This document shows positions 40,242 through 49,909 of a DNA stretch of 59,177 nt, piece after piece. The notes beneath the pieces were generated by a model. It made no database searches. It saw only the letters and a program-made list of their open reading frames with translations, and was not told where the DNA came from. The stretch's first letter is position 1. Each line of letters opens with the position of its first letter. A program made the translations under genes and the position numbers. Origin of the DNA: Fidelibacterota bacterium (GTDB lineage Bacteria; Fidelibacterota; Marinisomatia; Marinisomatales; JABMOV01); NCBI GenBank assembly GCA_046861395.1, contig JBHHUC010000007.1:1-59177 (forward strand), read 5' to 3'.

Positions 40242-43190
40242 ATGAAGAAAATCCTGCTAATACTCTTCATTGGGTTTAGTCTGGCGGGAGCCCAGACTGT
40301 GGATTATGATGCGCAAATCCAACCCATCTGGAATAATAACTGTACCCAATGTCATCCTGGAAGCGGTGGACTGGATTTAACCACGGGGAACAGTTTTGGA
40401 AATCTGGTAGATGTATCGGCGCAAGGCTACTCCGCCCTGCGTGTTGCCAGCGGTGACCCCAGTGGATCCGTTTTGTGGAATAAAATTAATAACACCGGTG
40501 TTTATGGTGGACAAATGCCCCCGGGAGGCATGTTATCTCAAACTGACCGTGATCTGGTGGAAACCTGGATTACGGAATTAGCATCTGGCACGACAATCTA
40601 TGATATTCAATACACAGCTGATGCTTCCGGAGATTCTCCGTTGGACGGTCAGGTAGTAACGGTAACCGCCATTGTCACGGCAGAATTCTGGGGTAGCGGA
40701 AATAAACACATGTTTATTCAGGATGCACCCGGACCATGGAATGGTGTCATGTGCTATCAATCTTCGGGTTGGGACACTTTTTCTTTTGTTGATGATGCCG
40801 GGAATCCCGTTTCTTCGGTTGCCGAAGGTGATTCCATTACCATTACTGCGACTGTAACGGAATACTATGGCATGACCGAATTGGTTGATGCCACGGATGT
40901 GGTGGTACATGGTCCGGCCATGACTCCCATTCCACCGGCTGTGGTGACTCCTGGAGAAGTGGGAACCGGTGGTACCGATGAAGAAGCCTATGAAGGTTGT
41001 CTGGTGGAGGTGCAGAGTGTTTCCGTCGATGATCCTGATCTGGGATTCGGTGAATGGTCCGTCACCGATGGCACCAACTCCGTCAGGTTGGATGATCGCT
41101 GGGATTATTATTATGCTCCCCAGATGGGCCACAGTCTGGCCAAAGTTGTAGGTTGTATGGATTATTCTTTCAGTAACCGGAAAATTCAACCCCGCTTGGC
41201 CCGGGATGTGGTCGAAGCTGGAAATACCCGGATTCAACGGATTCAACAGGTTCTTTACAGTGATCTGTTAACGGCCGGTTCTGATAGTCAATCGGATACG
41301 TCCTACATGCAGGGACAGACGGTGACGGTAGTTGGGGTGGTTACAATGCCCACCGGCCTGAGTTATGCCGGTTCCGGTATTAAATTCATTTTCCAGGATA
41401 CCAGTGGCGGTCCTTGGAGTTCCATTCTCTCCTATGATCCGGATTCAACAGCCTTCCCTGTCCTCTATGAAGGCGATCTGATCGAAGCCACAGGATTTGT
41501 ATCTGAATACTCAACCGGTCCGTCGAACATGACAGAATTATTCATTACCGAACCCATCAATATTCTTGATTTCGGTTTAACGCCACCTACACCACCGCTT
41601 GTGAATACCGGTGATCTGCGCTGGCCTACGGAAGCAGAGCAGTGGGGGAACGTATCGGTTCGGGTTGAAGAAGCCATTGTGATTCAAAATGATCTGCCCT
41701 ATGGTGAATGGTCCATCGATGACGGAACCGGAACCGTCAATGTTGATGATGACTCTGATAGTCTCAATGTCTGGCAAAATGAATTCGGTCGTCCTCCGGT
41801 TGGTAGTTTCATCAGTTCCATTGAAGGTTGGATTTATCATCACTACGGTTCATACAGCGATTCTACGGCCTATAAACTGGAACCGCTATATCCATCGGAT
41901 ATCGTTTTTGGTGCCGGCCCCCCCAATATTATGAATCCTGCCCGGACACCATGTGTACCGGGTACCGCCGATGCCGTGACGATTGAGGTGGATATCGAGG
42001 ATAATTCGACTGTTGCTTCCGCTGAAATTTCTTATTCGGTGGATGGCGGGGCCTATCAATCCGTCGCCATGACCAATACATCGGGACTAACCTGGTCCGG
42101 AGATATCCCTGCGACCGGTACGGAAGGTGCGCGAGTGAACTATTTCATCTCTGCTACTGATGACGGAACGGGACAATCGGCTCCCAAGACCAGCGTGTTG
42201 CCTTATGACACAACAGCCTTTCAATTCGGTTACGTAACGAAGGACGGGCCACTGACCATTGCTGATATCCAGTATACGACCTGGGATTTGGCTGATTCGC
42301 CTTTCAATGGTTGTGAAGTGACCGTGAGTGGAATTGTTACAGCTGATACGGCCCAGGCTTACAGTGGCTATGGTGCTTATGCATTACAGTCCGGTACCGG
42401 ATCCTGGAATGGTATTATTTTCGATCCGGTCGATGGTGTTGAACTCACCCGCGGTGATTCTGTGACCGTCACAGGAACGGTGGAAGAATATGATCCGGTC
42501 TGGCATTTCAAGTATGATAATAATACCAAGCTCATTGATATTACCAACGTAACGGTTCATTCTTCCGGTCATAATGTGGATCCGATGCCGGTAGGTACAG
42601 CCGATCTGGCCCAGGATGCGGATGAAGTAGAGTCTTACGAAGGCACTCTGGTAACCCTCGCGAACGTGACGGTTTCCTCCGTGAATCAGTATGACTGGAG
42701 CGTCGATGACGGCTCCGGCGTTACCTGTTTGATAGATGATGACATGGCCAATGCTGCGGCCGACGGATTCATGAATACGCTGGAAGTCGGAACAACATTG
42801 GCATCCGTAACCGGTGTCTTCAACTTCAGCTACGGATCCTATAAAATTCAGATCCGTGACCTGGCAGACTTGGGTCAGCTGGGTGTTAACGACGACTATG
42901 TTGTGCAACCTATGACGTACGCACTGCATCAGAACTACCCCAATCCTTTCAATCCGGAAACTAAAATCCGGTTTGACTTAGGATCAGCGGAAAACGTGAA
43001 ACTGGTCATTTATGATATCAATGGCCGGGTCATTCGCACCCTGGTGAATGAATCCTTCAGTCCGGGAATGCATCTGGTTAATTGGAACGGTACCAATGAT
43101 TTTGGTGAACCGGTCAGTACCGGAATGTACATTTATCGGATAAAGGCGGGTTCATTCCTGGCTCAGGAGAAGATGCTTTTGGTACGGTAA
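40242..43190 (+). CDS. Secreted protein: c-type cytochrome domain, three tandem OB-fold-pair repeats and T9SS CTD
   Basis: IQPIW..NCTQCH..GGLDL...GDP..S.L..KI...QMPP...WI. Repeats begin TIYDIQ, RIQRIQ and TIADIQ, each with V.V.G/A.VT and E.YEG.LV-type halves. NYPNPFNP...KMLLVR. Confidence 0.85.
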   Translation: MKKILLILFIGFSLAGAQTVDYDAQIQPIWNNNCTQCHPGSGGLDLTTGNSFGNLVDVSAQGYSALRVASGDPSGSVLWNKINNTGVYGGQMPPGGMLSQTDRDLVETWITELASGTTIYDIQYTADASGDSPLDGQVVTVTAIVTAEFWGSGNKHMFIQDAPGPWNGVMCYQSSGWDTFSFVDDAGNPVSSVAEGDSITITATVTEYYGMTELVDATDVVVHGPAMTPIPPAVVTPGEVGTGGTDEEAYEGCLVEVQSVSVDDPDLGFGEWSVTDGTNSVRLDDRWDYYYAPQMGHSLAKVVGCMDYSFSNRKIQPRLARDVVEAGNTRIQRIQQVLYSDLLTAGSDSQSDTSYMQGQTVTVVGVVTMPTGLSYAGSGIKFIFQDTSGGPWSSILSYDPDSTAFPVLYEGDLIEATGFVSEYSTGPSNMTELFITEPINILDFGLTPPTPPLVNTGDLRWPTEAEQWGNVSVRVEEAIVIQNDLPYGEWSIDDGTGTVNVDDDSDSLNVWQNEFGRPPVGSFISSIEGWIYHHYGSYSDSTAYKLEPLYPSDIVFGAGPPNIMNPARTPCVPGTADAVTIEVDIEDNSTVASAEISYSVDGGAYQSVAMTNTSGLTWSGDIPATGTEGARVNYFISATDDGTGQSAPKTSVLPYDTTAFQFGYVTKDGPLTIADIQYTTWDLADSPFNGCEVTVSGIVTADTAQAYSGYGAYALQSGTGSWNGIIFDPVDGVELTRGDSVTVTGTVEEYDPVWHFKYDNNTKLIDITNVTVHSSGHNVDPMPVGTADLAQDADEVESYEGTLVTLANVTVSSVNQYDWSVDDGSGVTCLIDDDMANAAADGFMNTLEVGTTLASVTGVFNFSYGSYKIQIRDLADLGQLGVNDDYVVQPMTYALHQNYPNPFNPETKIRFDLGSAENVKLVIYDINGRVIRTLVNESFSPGMHLVNWNGTNDFGEPVSTGMYIYRIKAGSFLAQEKMLLVR

Positions 43191-43198
43191 AGTTCTCA

Positions 43199-43226
43199 GG
43201 CGGAGTGGAGGTTCCTCCGCTCCGCC
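43199..43226 (+). promoter_or_regulatory. GC-rich intercistronic stem-loop without a U-tract
   Basis: GGCGGAGTGGAG-GTTC-CTCCGCTCCGCC (12-bp stem with one G-U pair), between the stop at 43190 and the ATG at 43236. Confidence 0.7.
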
Positions 43227-43235
43227 CTCATTCTT

Positions 43236-44768
43236 ATGAAAATATATCATTTCATTCCATTCATCATTCTGACGGTGTTTGCCGGGTGTAAACTGTGGCA
43301 ATACGATGACGAATCCGACCCCATTTCGGCCCAGTCCCCGGAAACCTACCTGGCGCTGGTAGCCGGGGATACGATATACCTCGCCGTTGACAGTATTTCC
43401 CAGTGGACCGATCCTGAAACGGGGGAAACACAAAACGATACGGCCTGGGTCTATGATTTTGACGGGAATCCCGATTCACTGCATCAATGGGATACCTTGA
43501 CAGGCGCCTTTTCCACCGTGATGTCCAGCCGGCAGTTCTTGCATTGGTGGGGAGAAGACAGTGATGGTGAAGTAGTGGGATATTACTATAAATGGAGCAA
43601 TGAATCTGACTGGACCTACACGACGGAAGAAGCGCATTTATTCTTCGTTCCCATCCAAACCGATCTGGATATATTTACGTTTCAGGTTAAGGCCATAGAT
43701 CGGGACAGTCTGGTGGATCCTACTCCGGCAGTCATTACGCTCCCGATCCAGAATTCTCCACCGGAAATACATTTCCGGTTCCGCAGTAATCCTCTGGCCG
43801 CTGATATTAACAGCGACACCAGTTTCACTTTTCCCACCCGGACGTTTGTATGGGATTTATATGATCAGGATGGTAAGGAATCCATCGTTGATGTGTTTTA
43901 CGCCTTGGATTCGATCTGTGATTCCTGCTGGCAACAATTGGATGCCGCCAGCTATGCCAGTATAACTCTCACTGGACTTTCGCCGGGATTCCATACGTTT
44001 TACGCCAAAACTAGGGATATCGCAGGGGCCGAAAGCAATATCATCCAATTTCCGGATACAAATAATGTCGATGAGCCGTCCTTCTGGAAAGTCCTGCCCG
44101 TATCTGGAGATGTCCTCATTGTGGATGATTATCCCCAGGATAACGGCAATGTAGCACAGGAGTGGTATAGCAATACCCTGGCCGCAATCGTAGGAGAAGG
44201 GAATTTTTCCGTCTGGGAAATCGGCGATGCATTACCATTTTCCGCCACCGATGTACAGGCCACATTGAGTTATTTCAAGCATGTAATCTGGTATTCTGCC
44301 ACCACCGGCAAGGAGACCTATCTGGATGCCAGCGGAAGTATTCTGGCCTATATTCTGAACGGTGGAAATTTTTTCATCAATGCACCGGAACTGAAAGATT
44401 CCACCTTTACTTGGTTTCCCATAAGCGCCAGTAATGTCATCAATCCCAACGGCCGCTTATTATCAGGGACGGTGCTGGAATCGGATATCAGCGATTCCCT
44501 AGACTTGGAAACATCACAGTTAATCGCCATCCGGGTGAAGCACTTCACACCCGATTCCTTGGTATTTTCATCCTATAACACGTTTTATCGGATTGACGGT
44601 AATATTGTTTCTGCCGGTGGAAAATTTCAGGCTTCACCCACGACCGTTTCCGGGAATGTCGTTCTGTTCTCCATCCCACTGCACAACGGGATTCAACCCA
44701 TCATCGAAGGAAACGGTTCGGCCGCTAAGTTTTTGGAATTTTTGCTGGAGGATTATTTCCTACGATGA
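43236..44768 (+). CDS. Hypothetical lipoprotein with Ig-like domains
   Basis: Lipobox FAGC. PET, W.G.D.DG.V.GY, F.V.AID....DPTPA, N..P.I.F. Confidence 0.75.
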   Translation: MKIYHFIPFIILTVFAGCKLWQYDDESDPISAQSPETYLALVAGDTIYLAVDSISQWTDPETGETQNDTAWVYDFDGNPDSLHQWDTLTGAFSTVMSSRQFLHWWGEDSDGEVVGYYYKWSNESDWTYTTEEAHLFFVPIQTDLDIFTFQVKAIDRDSLVDPTPAVITLPIQNSPPEIHFRFRSNPLAADINSDTSFTFPTRTFVWDLYDQDGKESIVDVFYALDSICDSCWQQLDAASYASITLTGLSPGFHTFYAKTRDIAGAESNIIQFPDTNNVDEPSFWKVLPVSGDVLIVDDYPQDNGNVAQEWYSNTLAAIVGEGNFSVWEIGDALPFSATDVQATLSYFKHVIWYSATTGKETYLDASGSILAYILNGGNFFINAPELKDSTFTWFPISASNVINPNGRLLSGTVLESDISDSLDLETSQLIAIRVKHFTPDSLVFSSYNTFYRIDGNIVSAGGKFQASPTTVSGNVVLFSIPLHNGIQPIIEGNGSAAKFLEFLLEDYFLR

Positions 44769-47539
44769 AACGAATGATACTCCTTTTCCTAATCCTTCAG
44801 GTTAGCTTTGGCCAAACCACAGGATCAATCCAGGGACGCGTATATAATGCGGCGACGGAAGAACCTTTGATCGGGGTCAATGTATTCATCAAAGGAACCT
44901 ATTGGGGTGCTTCCAGTGATTTGGAAGGATATTATTCCATTCGCAACATTGCTCCCGGTGATTATGACATTGAAGCATCCATCATTGGCTATAAAGTCTT
45001 ACTTAAAACCGGAATACATATCAAAAGCGGTGAACGCCTGACCTTGGACTTTCCCATGGAAGAAACGGTGCTGTCTTTAGGGGAAGAAGTTGTGGTGGTC
45101 GGGAAAAAGCCCCTGTTTGATGTCAATGAAACCTCATCCATGAGCCGGATTCGCAGTGAAGATATTGCCAATCAGGCTGTGAACAGTGTGGAAGATATAC
45201 TTTCCGATCAGATTGGTGTCACGACTCAGGATAATGAAATTCATATTCGCGGCGGGCGTATCGACGAAAGTCTGTTCATCGTGGATGGAATGTCAGTAAA
45301 AGATCCCCTGTCCGGGTATTCGGGAAATGTTTTTGTGAATGCGGAAGCAATCGAAGAACTGGAAGTGGTGACGGGAGGGTACAATGCCGAATATGGTCAG
45401 GCCATGTCTGGCATTGTCAATATCAAACTCAAGGAAGGTCGTAAACATTTTGAAGGAGCATTGAAATATACCAGTGATAATTGGGGTCTTACCCGGCAAT
45501 ATATCGATCACGTGAATTCGGACCGGCTGGAATTCAATATCGGCGGTCCGTCCCTGCTGCTGGAGAAATTCCCGGCGCTGCTGGGAATCGATTTACCTGG
45601 AAAATTCTCTTTTTTCCTCAACGGATATGGCAAATCCTATAACGGCTATCTGCCAACGGCCCATCAACTCTACCCCCATCGTTACTGGACGTTACCAGGC
45701 GTGAGCGATAAAACGGCAGATCAATGGAACCAATCCCTCGCCCTGCGGGAAAACAATGATTGGCATGCCATGTATAAATTAACCTGGAATATTTCCGGGT
45801 TAAAAAAACTGGCCTTATCCTATGATATATCACTGAATATTAATCAGGGCTATTTTATGCCACGCGCCTTTTCCAATACGTATTTCCCTTACTCCTATAT
45901 GAAAATCCTGGATTCCTACAACACAATTACGCGGGACACCAGACTCATCAATCTGAACTGGACTCATACCATCAATACGCGCACATTTTACGAAGTGACG
46001 CTCGGCCGGTTTGTTACAATGGAACATAGCGCGGTACAGGATAAACACTGGACCGAGTATCAAGAGCGGTTGGATCTGGAACCGACAAACTATATTCCAT
46101 TGGATTCCGATGGAAATATCAGAATTTACTATGGTGATGAATTCTATGATACCGGGTTTGCTCCGGAGTGGTATGATCTGTTCAGTGACAATTTTCGAAC
46201 CGATTTGGACTGGATCTATCAGGTATCAGAACGCCAGAAAGTGAAAATGGGTTTCGAAAATACTGTTGTTAATCTTCAGGTGTTGGATATTGATGAACCC
46301 TGGGCCGGCAGTTCCGGCTTCGGTGCCAATTATGACCAGTATAAGGTCACAACGACCTATGGTGCGGTCTATATCCAGAATCGCCTGCAATTTGAGGGGA
46401 TGACGGTTAACATCGGGACGAGGTATGATTATTGGTTTCCGGGGAAATACGTGGAAGACGCCATCAATGATCTGAATTCCATAATCATTACCGATGCGGC
46501 TCGGAAGAAATTCCATGATGAAACCTTTGCTTTCGCTGGTTACCGGGGGAAGGGCCGGTTGAGTCCCCGTTTCGGTATTTCACATCCGGTCACGAATAAT
46601 GATGTATTGTATTTCTACTACGGTCATTTTTCCCAGCTGCCCACATTCCAATATGTCTATGCCAAATTGAAATCCAATTCCGAATCCACCTACCAGGTTT
46701 TCGGCAACCCCAACCTGGATCCGAAAACAACGGTTCAATATGAATTGGGAATCAAGCATCGCTTCAGTGAAGACCAGGTTCTGGAATTAAAGGCTTATTG
46801 GAAAGACATGTTTGATTATGAAACGTCCCAGACAATCAAACCGTCCAATCCGAAATATTCATACCTGTCCTTCAATATGTATTTCAACGCGGATTACGCC
46901 CGGGCCCGGGGGATAGAAGCCATTGTGAAAAGCCGGGTCTTCCGGAATTGGTTTGTGGATCTGAATTTTAATTATTCCATTGTGACCGGGAAGAGCAGCA
47001 GTCCCCTGGACAACCTTCTGGTCCAGGCCGGGGAGATCGCGGAAAAACCGCTGGGTGAGAATTTCGTAAGCTGGGATCGTCCAATCCAGACGTTTATGAA
47101 TCTTTCCTATCGTCATCCCCGGGGCTGGGGTGCCACAATTCGCTATGATTATCAAACCGGGCGTCGTTATACACGCTACGTCAAGGGAACCAGTGAATAT
47201 CCTGACGGCTATATTGAGGTAGACGGTGTACGCTATTTCATTGGGACCCAGGAAAGCGATAAGCCATATTTCTATGTTTCCGAGATTCCAGTGAATACAG
47301 TGGATTTAAAACTGTTCAAGACCTATGATTTTGAACGATTCAAACTGAAATTATTACTAGAAGTGGAAAATCTGACTGATATGCGGATTCCACGACGAAT
47401 CAATCCCTATACGGGTCGCGGCTACAATCCCGGCGAAGTCATCGGCTATAATTTAATCAATCAACCCAACCCCAATATCAACCCGGCCCGATTCCGCAGA
47501 CCGCGTTCGGCGGAACTGGGAATACAATTCATTTTTTAA
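44765..47539 (+). CDS. TonB-dependent receptor with N-terminal carboxypeptidase-regulatory-like domain
   Basis: TTG.I.G.V....T.EPL.GVNV, plug HIRGGR..E....VDG, GGYNAEYG.A.SG, SPR.G.S.P, GNP.L.P..T..YE.G, C-terminal F. Confidence 0.95.
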   Translation: MKRMILLFLILQVSFGQTTGSIQGRVYNAATEEPLIGVNVFIKGTYWGASSDLEGYYSIRNIAPGDYDIEASIIGYKVLLKTGIHIKSGERLTLDFPMEETVLSLGEEVVVVGKKPLFDVNETSSMSRIRSEDIANQAVNSVEDILSDQIGVTTQDNEIHIRGGRIDESLFIVDGMSVKDPLSGYSGNVFVNAEAIEELEVVTGGYNAEYGQAMSGIVNIKLKEGRKHFEGALKYTSDNWGLTRQYIDHVNSDRLEFNIGGPSLLLEKFPALLGIDLPGKFSFFLNGYGKSYNGYLPTAHQLYPHRYWTLPGVSDKTADQWNQSLALRENNDWHAMYKLTWNISGLKKLALSYDISLNINQGYFMPRAFSNTYFPYSYMKILDSYNTITRDTRLINLNWTHTINTRTFYEVTLGRFVTMEHSAVQDKHWTEYQERLDLEPTNYIPLDSDGNIRIYYGDEFYDTGFAPEWYDLFSDNFRTDLDWIYQVSERQKVKMGFENTVVNLQVLDIDEPWAGSSGFGANYDQYKVTTTYGAVYIQNRLQFEGMTVNIGTRYDYWFPGKYVEDAINDLNSIIITDAARKKFHDETFAFAGYRGKGRLSPRFGISHPVTNNDVLYFYYGHFSQLPTFQYVYAKLKSNSESTYQVFGNPNLDPKTTVQYELGIKHRFSEDQVLELKAYWKDMFDYETSQTIKPSNPKYSYLSFNMYFNADYARARGIEAIVKSRVFRNWFVDLNFNYSIVTGKSSSPLDNLLVQAGEIAEKPLGENFVSWDRPIQTFMNLSYRHPRGWGATIRYDYQTGRRYTRYVKGTSEYPDGYIEVDGVRYFIGTQESDKPYFYVSEIPVNTVDLKLFKTYDFERFKLKLLLEVENLTDMRIPRRINPYTGRGYNPGEVIGYNLINQPNPNINPARFRRPRSAELGIQFIF

Positions 47540-47540
47540 C

Positions 47541-48542
47541 ATGATGAAGAGATTTCCCATTATCCTCTTCCTACTGACGGTCATGCTGAACGGACAGAAT
47601 TTCTTTCCCATCCTGGGCGGACAAAGGGTCGGAACATCTGTCTTTACTTTTCTGAAGATCGGTGTCAGCGGGCGGGCCATGGGCATGGGGGAAGCCGTGG
47701 TGGCATTGAACCAGGATGCCGGCTCGCTCTATTACAATCCAGCCAGCATAGCCCAATTGAAGAATACGGAACTGATAGCCACGCGCATATCCTGGCCGGC
47801 CGACATCAATTATGATTTTTTCAGCAGTGTAAAACATGTTAATGGTCCGCACTACCTCGGCCTAATGGCAGGGATTCTGCACATGGCGCCCATGATGGAG
47901 ACGACGGAGTATTACCCTCATGGGACCGGAAATTATTTCACTTTTCAGGATCAGTTCTTCGGTCTTGCATATAGCGTACGCATGACGGACCGGTTCAGCT
48001 TTGGAATTACAGTAAAACATGTGCAGGAAGAATTGGCCGGGAACACCATGAGCAATGTTCTTCTGGACATGGGAACCTTCTACTGGACGGGATATAAATC
48101 ATTGCGGTTTTCGGCTGCCTTGACTCATTTTGGGAATCAAACGGCTCCGGAAGGGACCTATGATAAAGTGGTCCTTGATAAAGATACGGGAGAAGAAATA
48201 TTGCTAACGTCCACCTTTACCAATTTTTCACCACCGACCATGTTCCAAGTTGGTGCCGCCATGGATGTTCTTACTAATGATCTGACCGTCGTGACGTTTT
48301 CGACCCAGCTCAATCATCCCGTGGATAATACCGAATACATTGCCACCGGGATGGAAGCCCTGATTTTGGATGTATTATATTTACGTGCCGGATATAAATC
48401 AAATAAGGACGAAGAAAATCTATCCCTGGGGATGGGGTTGCAGATTAAGCTCGGTGCGATGCTGTTTCATGTGAATTATTCCTACACCAATCTGATTCAT
48501 TTATCCGATCCGGTTCGTTTAAGCATTGGAGTATCCTTCTGA
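47541..48542 (+). CDS. PorV/PorQ-family outer-membrane barrel
   Basis: GT....FLKIGVSGRAMGMGEA.VA......YYNPA, D.G..Y.TG...L, LR.GY, C-terminal F. Confidence 0.9.
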   Translation: MMKRFPIILFLLTVMLNGQNFFPILGGQRVGTSVFTFLKIGVSGRAMGMGEAVVALNQDAGSLYYNPASIAQLKNTELIATRISWPADINYDFFSSVKHVNGPHYLGLMAGILHMAPMMETTEYYPHGTGNYFTFQDQFFGLAYSVRMTDRFSFGITVKHVQEELAGNTMSNVLLDMGTFYWTGYKSLRFSAALTHFGNQTAPEGTYDKVVLDKDTGEEILLTSTFTNFSPPTMFQVGAAMDVLTNDLTVVTFSTQLNHPVDNTEYIATGMEALILDVLYLRAGYKSNKDEENLSLGMGLQIKLGAMLFHVNYSYTNLIHLSDPVRLSIGVSF

Positions 48543-49909
48543 TGGTCAAATCATTCGGGTTTTATCCGTTGGTAATTTTAATTCTGCTTACAGGCTGCGT
48601 CGAACGCACACCGTACTATTCCGATGTGAATAATGACAACATTTTCGGAGCCGGAGATACAACCTATGTGCAATTGAGTCCAGTATGGGATGCTGCAATG
48701 GGATTACAAACCCCCATGGACATTTCCATTGCTCAGGACGGGCTACTCTATATTGCCGATTCGGCCGCGCACCGGATTCTGGTTTTGGATCAGGGTGGAA
48801 CACCTCAGCCGGCGTATGATCAACTATCCGGCCTGGTGGATGACCAGGGGCAGACAATCTCTCCGCTAGATGTGGATATTGATAAGAAAATGAATGTGTT
48901 CTTTATTGATGGCAGTGCGCGGGTTTTCTGCTGGAATCATTACTGGAATCAGACCGGGATCGACAGTATAGCCGCTGCTGCGACCTTTGTCCATGAGAAT
49001 GGATCTACCATAACGCTAACAGCCGGGACGGACGAATGGACCGAACTTCTGAATGACCGGGATTGGACTATGACGCAGGTCCAGTGGGCAGCGCCTCAGG
49101 CCAAGATTGATTCACTATTACGACCGCATCTCTTTTATGACGGAGCGAATCCGCGACACAGTTTTACCGACATTCACTACGAATCGGAATTATCGCGGTT
49201 TACGGGGATTACAACTATTAAGGATTTTTCAAATTATATCGTTGTCAGCGATGCTGGGGGAGAAGACAGCACGGATCATCGCTTGCTTCAAATTGATTTT
49301 CAGCGCGTTGACCTGTTGAAATTATCAACCGGGAACTCAGTATGGTCCTTTACCGGAATTTTTGGCCAGACGGTGGTGGAATATGGTACCGGAGCCGGGT
49401 TTGCCAATCATCCAGTGAGCGTAGACGCCGATGAAAATGGAAATCTGTTTTATACACAATTGGGATCGCAATTTGGGGCCCACAAGGTGCGTCCCATCGT
49501 TACTGGCTCCTATGTAACCTTTACTTCCACCTATACGGGAGGAGTCAATGACATTATGGATCTGGGAAGGTTCCAGCAGCCTAGGGACATTGCCGTAGAC
49601 CACAAAGGAATGATCTATATTGCCAATACCGGGGCGCGGGAGATCCAGGTCTTTGACTTTGAAGGTGGTTTCTTCAAGAAAGCCGGCGTGGAGGAGACCA
49701 GAATTGATACAACAATTTGGGTCTTCGATGGCGCCGACAGCACGCTAGTGGATACCATTCTGGTGACGGAAGGTTGGGGGGAGCTGGCCTATCCTTCAGC
49801 CGTCACCGTGGATAATCGTGGGATCATTTATATCTGCGATCCCATTTCCGGCTTGATCCAACGCTATCGTCTATCAAACTTCCTGGATGAGGATTTACAA
49901 CCGAATTAA
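48542..49909 (+). CDS. NHL-repeat beta-propeller lipoprotein
   Basis: Lipobox LTGC. Repeats P.DI....DG..YIAD....RI and F..P.DIAVD..G.IYIA.TG...IQVF. Confidence 0.85.
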   Translation: MVKSFGFYPLVILILLTGCVERTPYYSDVNNDNIFGAGDTTYVQLSPVWDAAMGLQTPMDISIAQDGLLYIADSAAHRILVLDQGGTPQPAYDQLSGLVDDQGQTISPLDVDIDKKMNVFFIDGSARVFCWNHYWNQTGIDSIAAAATFVHENGSTITLTAGTDEWTELLNDRDWTMTQVQWAAPQAKIDSLLRPHLFYDGANPRHSFTDIHYESELSRFTGITTIKDFSNYIVVSDAGGEDSTDHRLLQIDFQRVDLLKLSTGNSVWSFTGIFGQTVVEYGTGAGFANHPVSVDADENGNLFYTQLGSQFGAHKVRPIVTGSYVTFTSTYTGGVNDIMDLGRFQQPRDIAVDHKGMIYIANTGAREIQVFDFEGGFFKKAGVEETRIDTTIWVFDGADSTLVDTILVTEGWGELAYPSAVTVDNRGIIYICDPISGLIQRYRLSNFLDEDLQPN

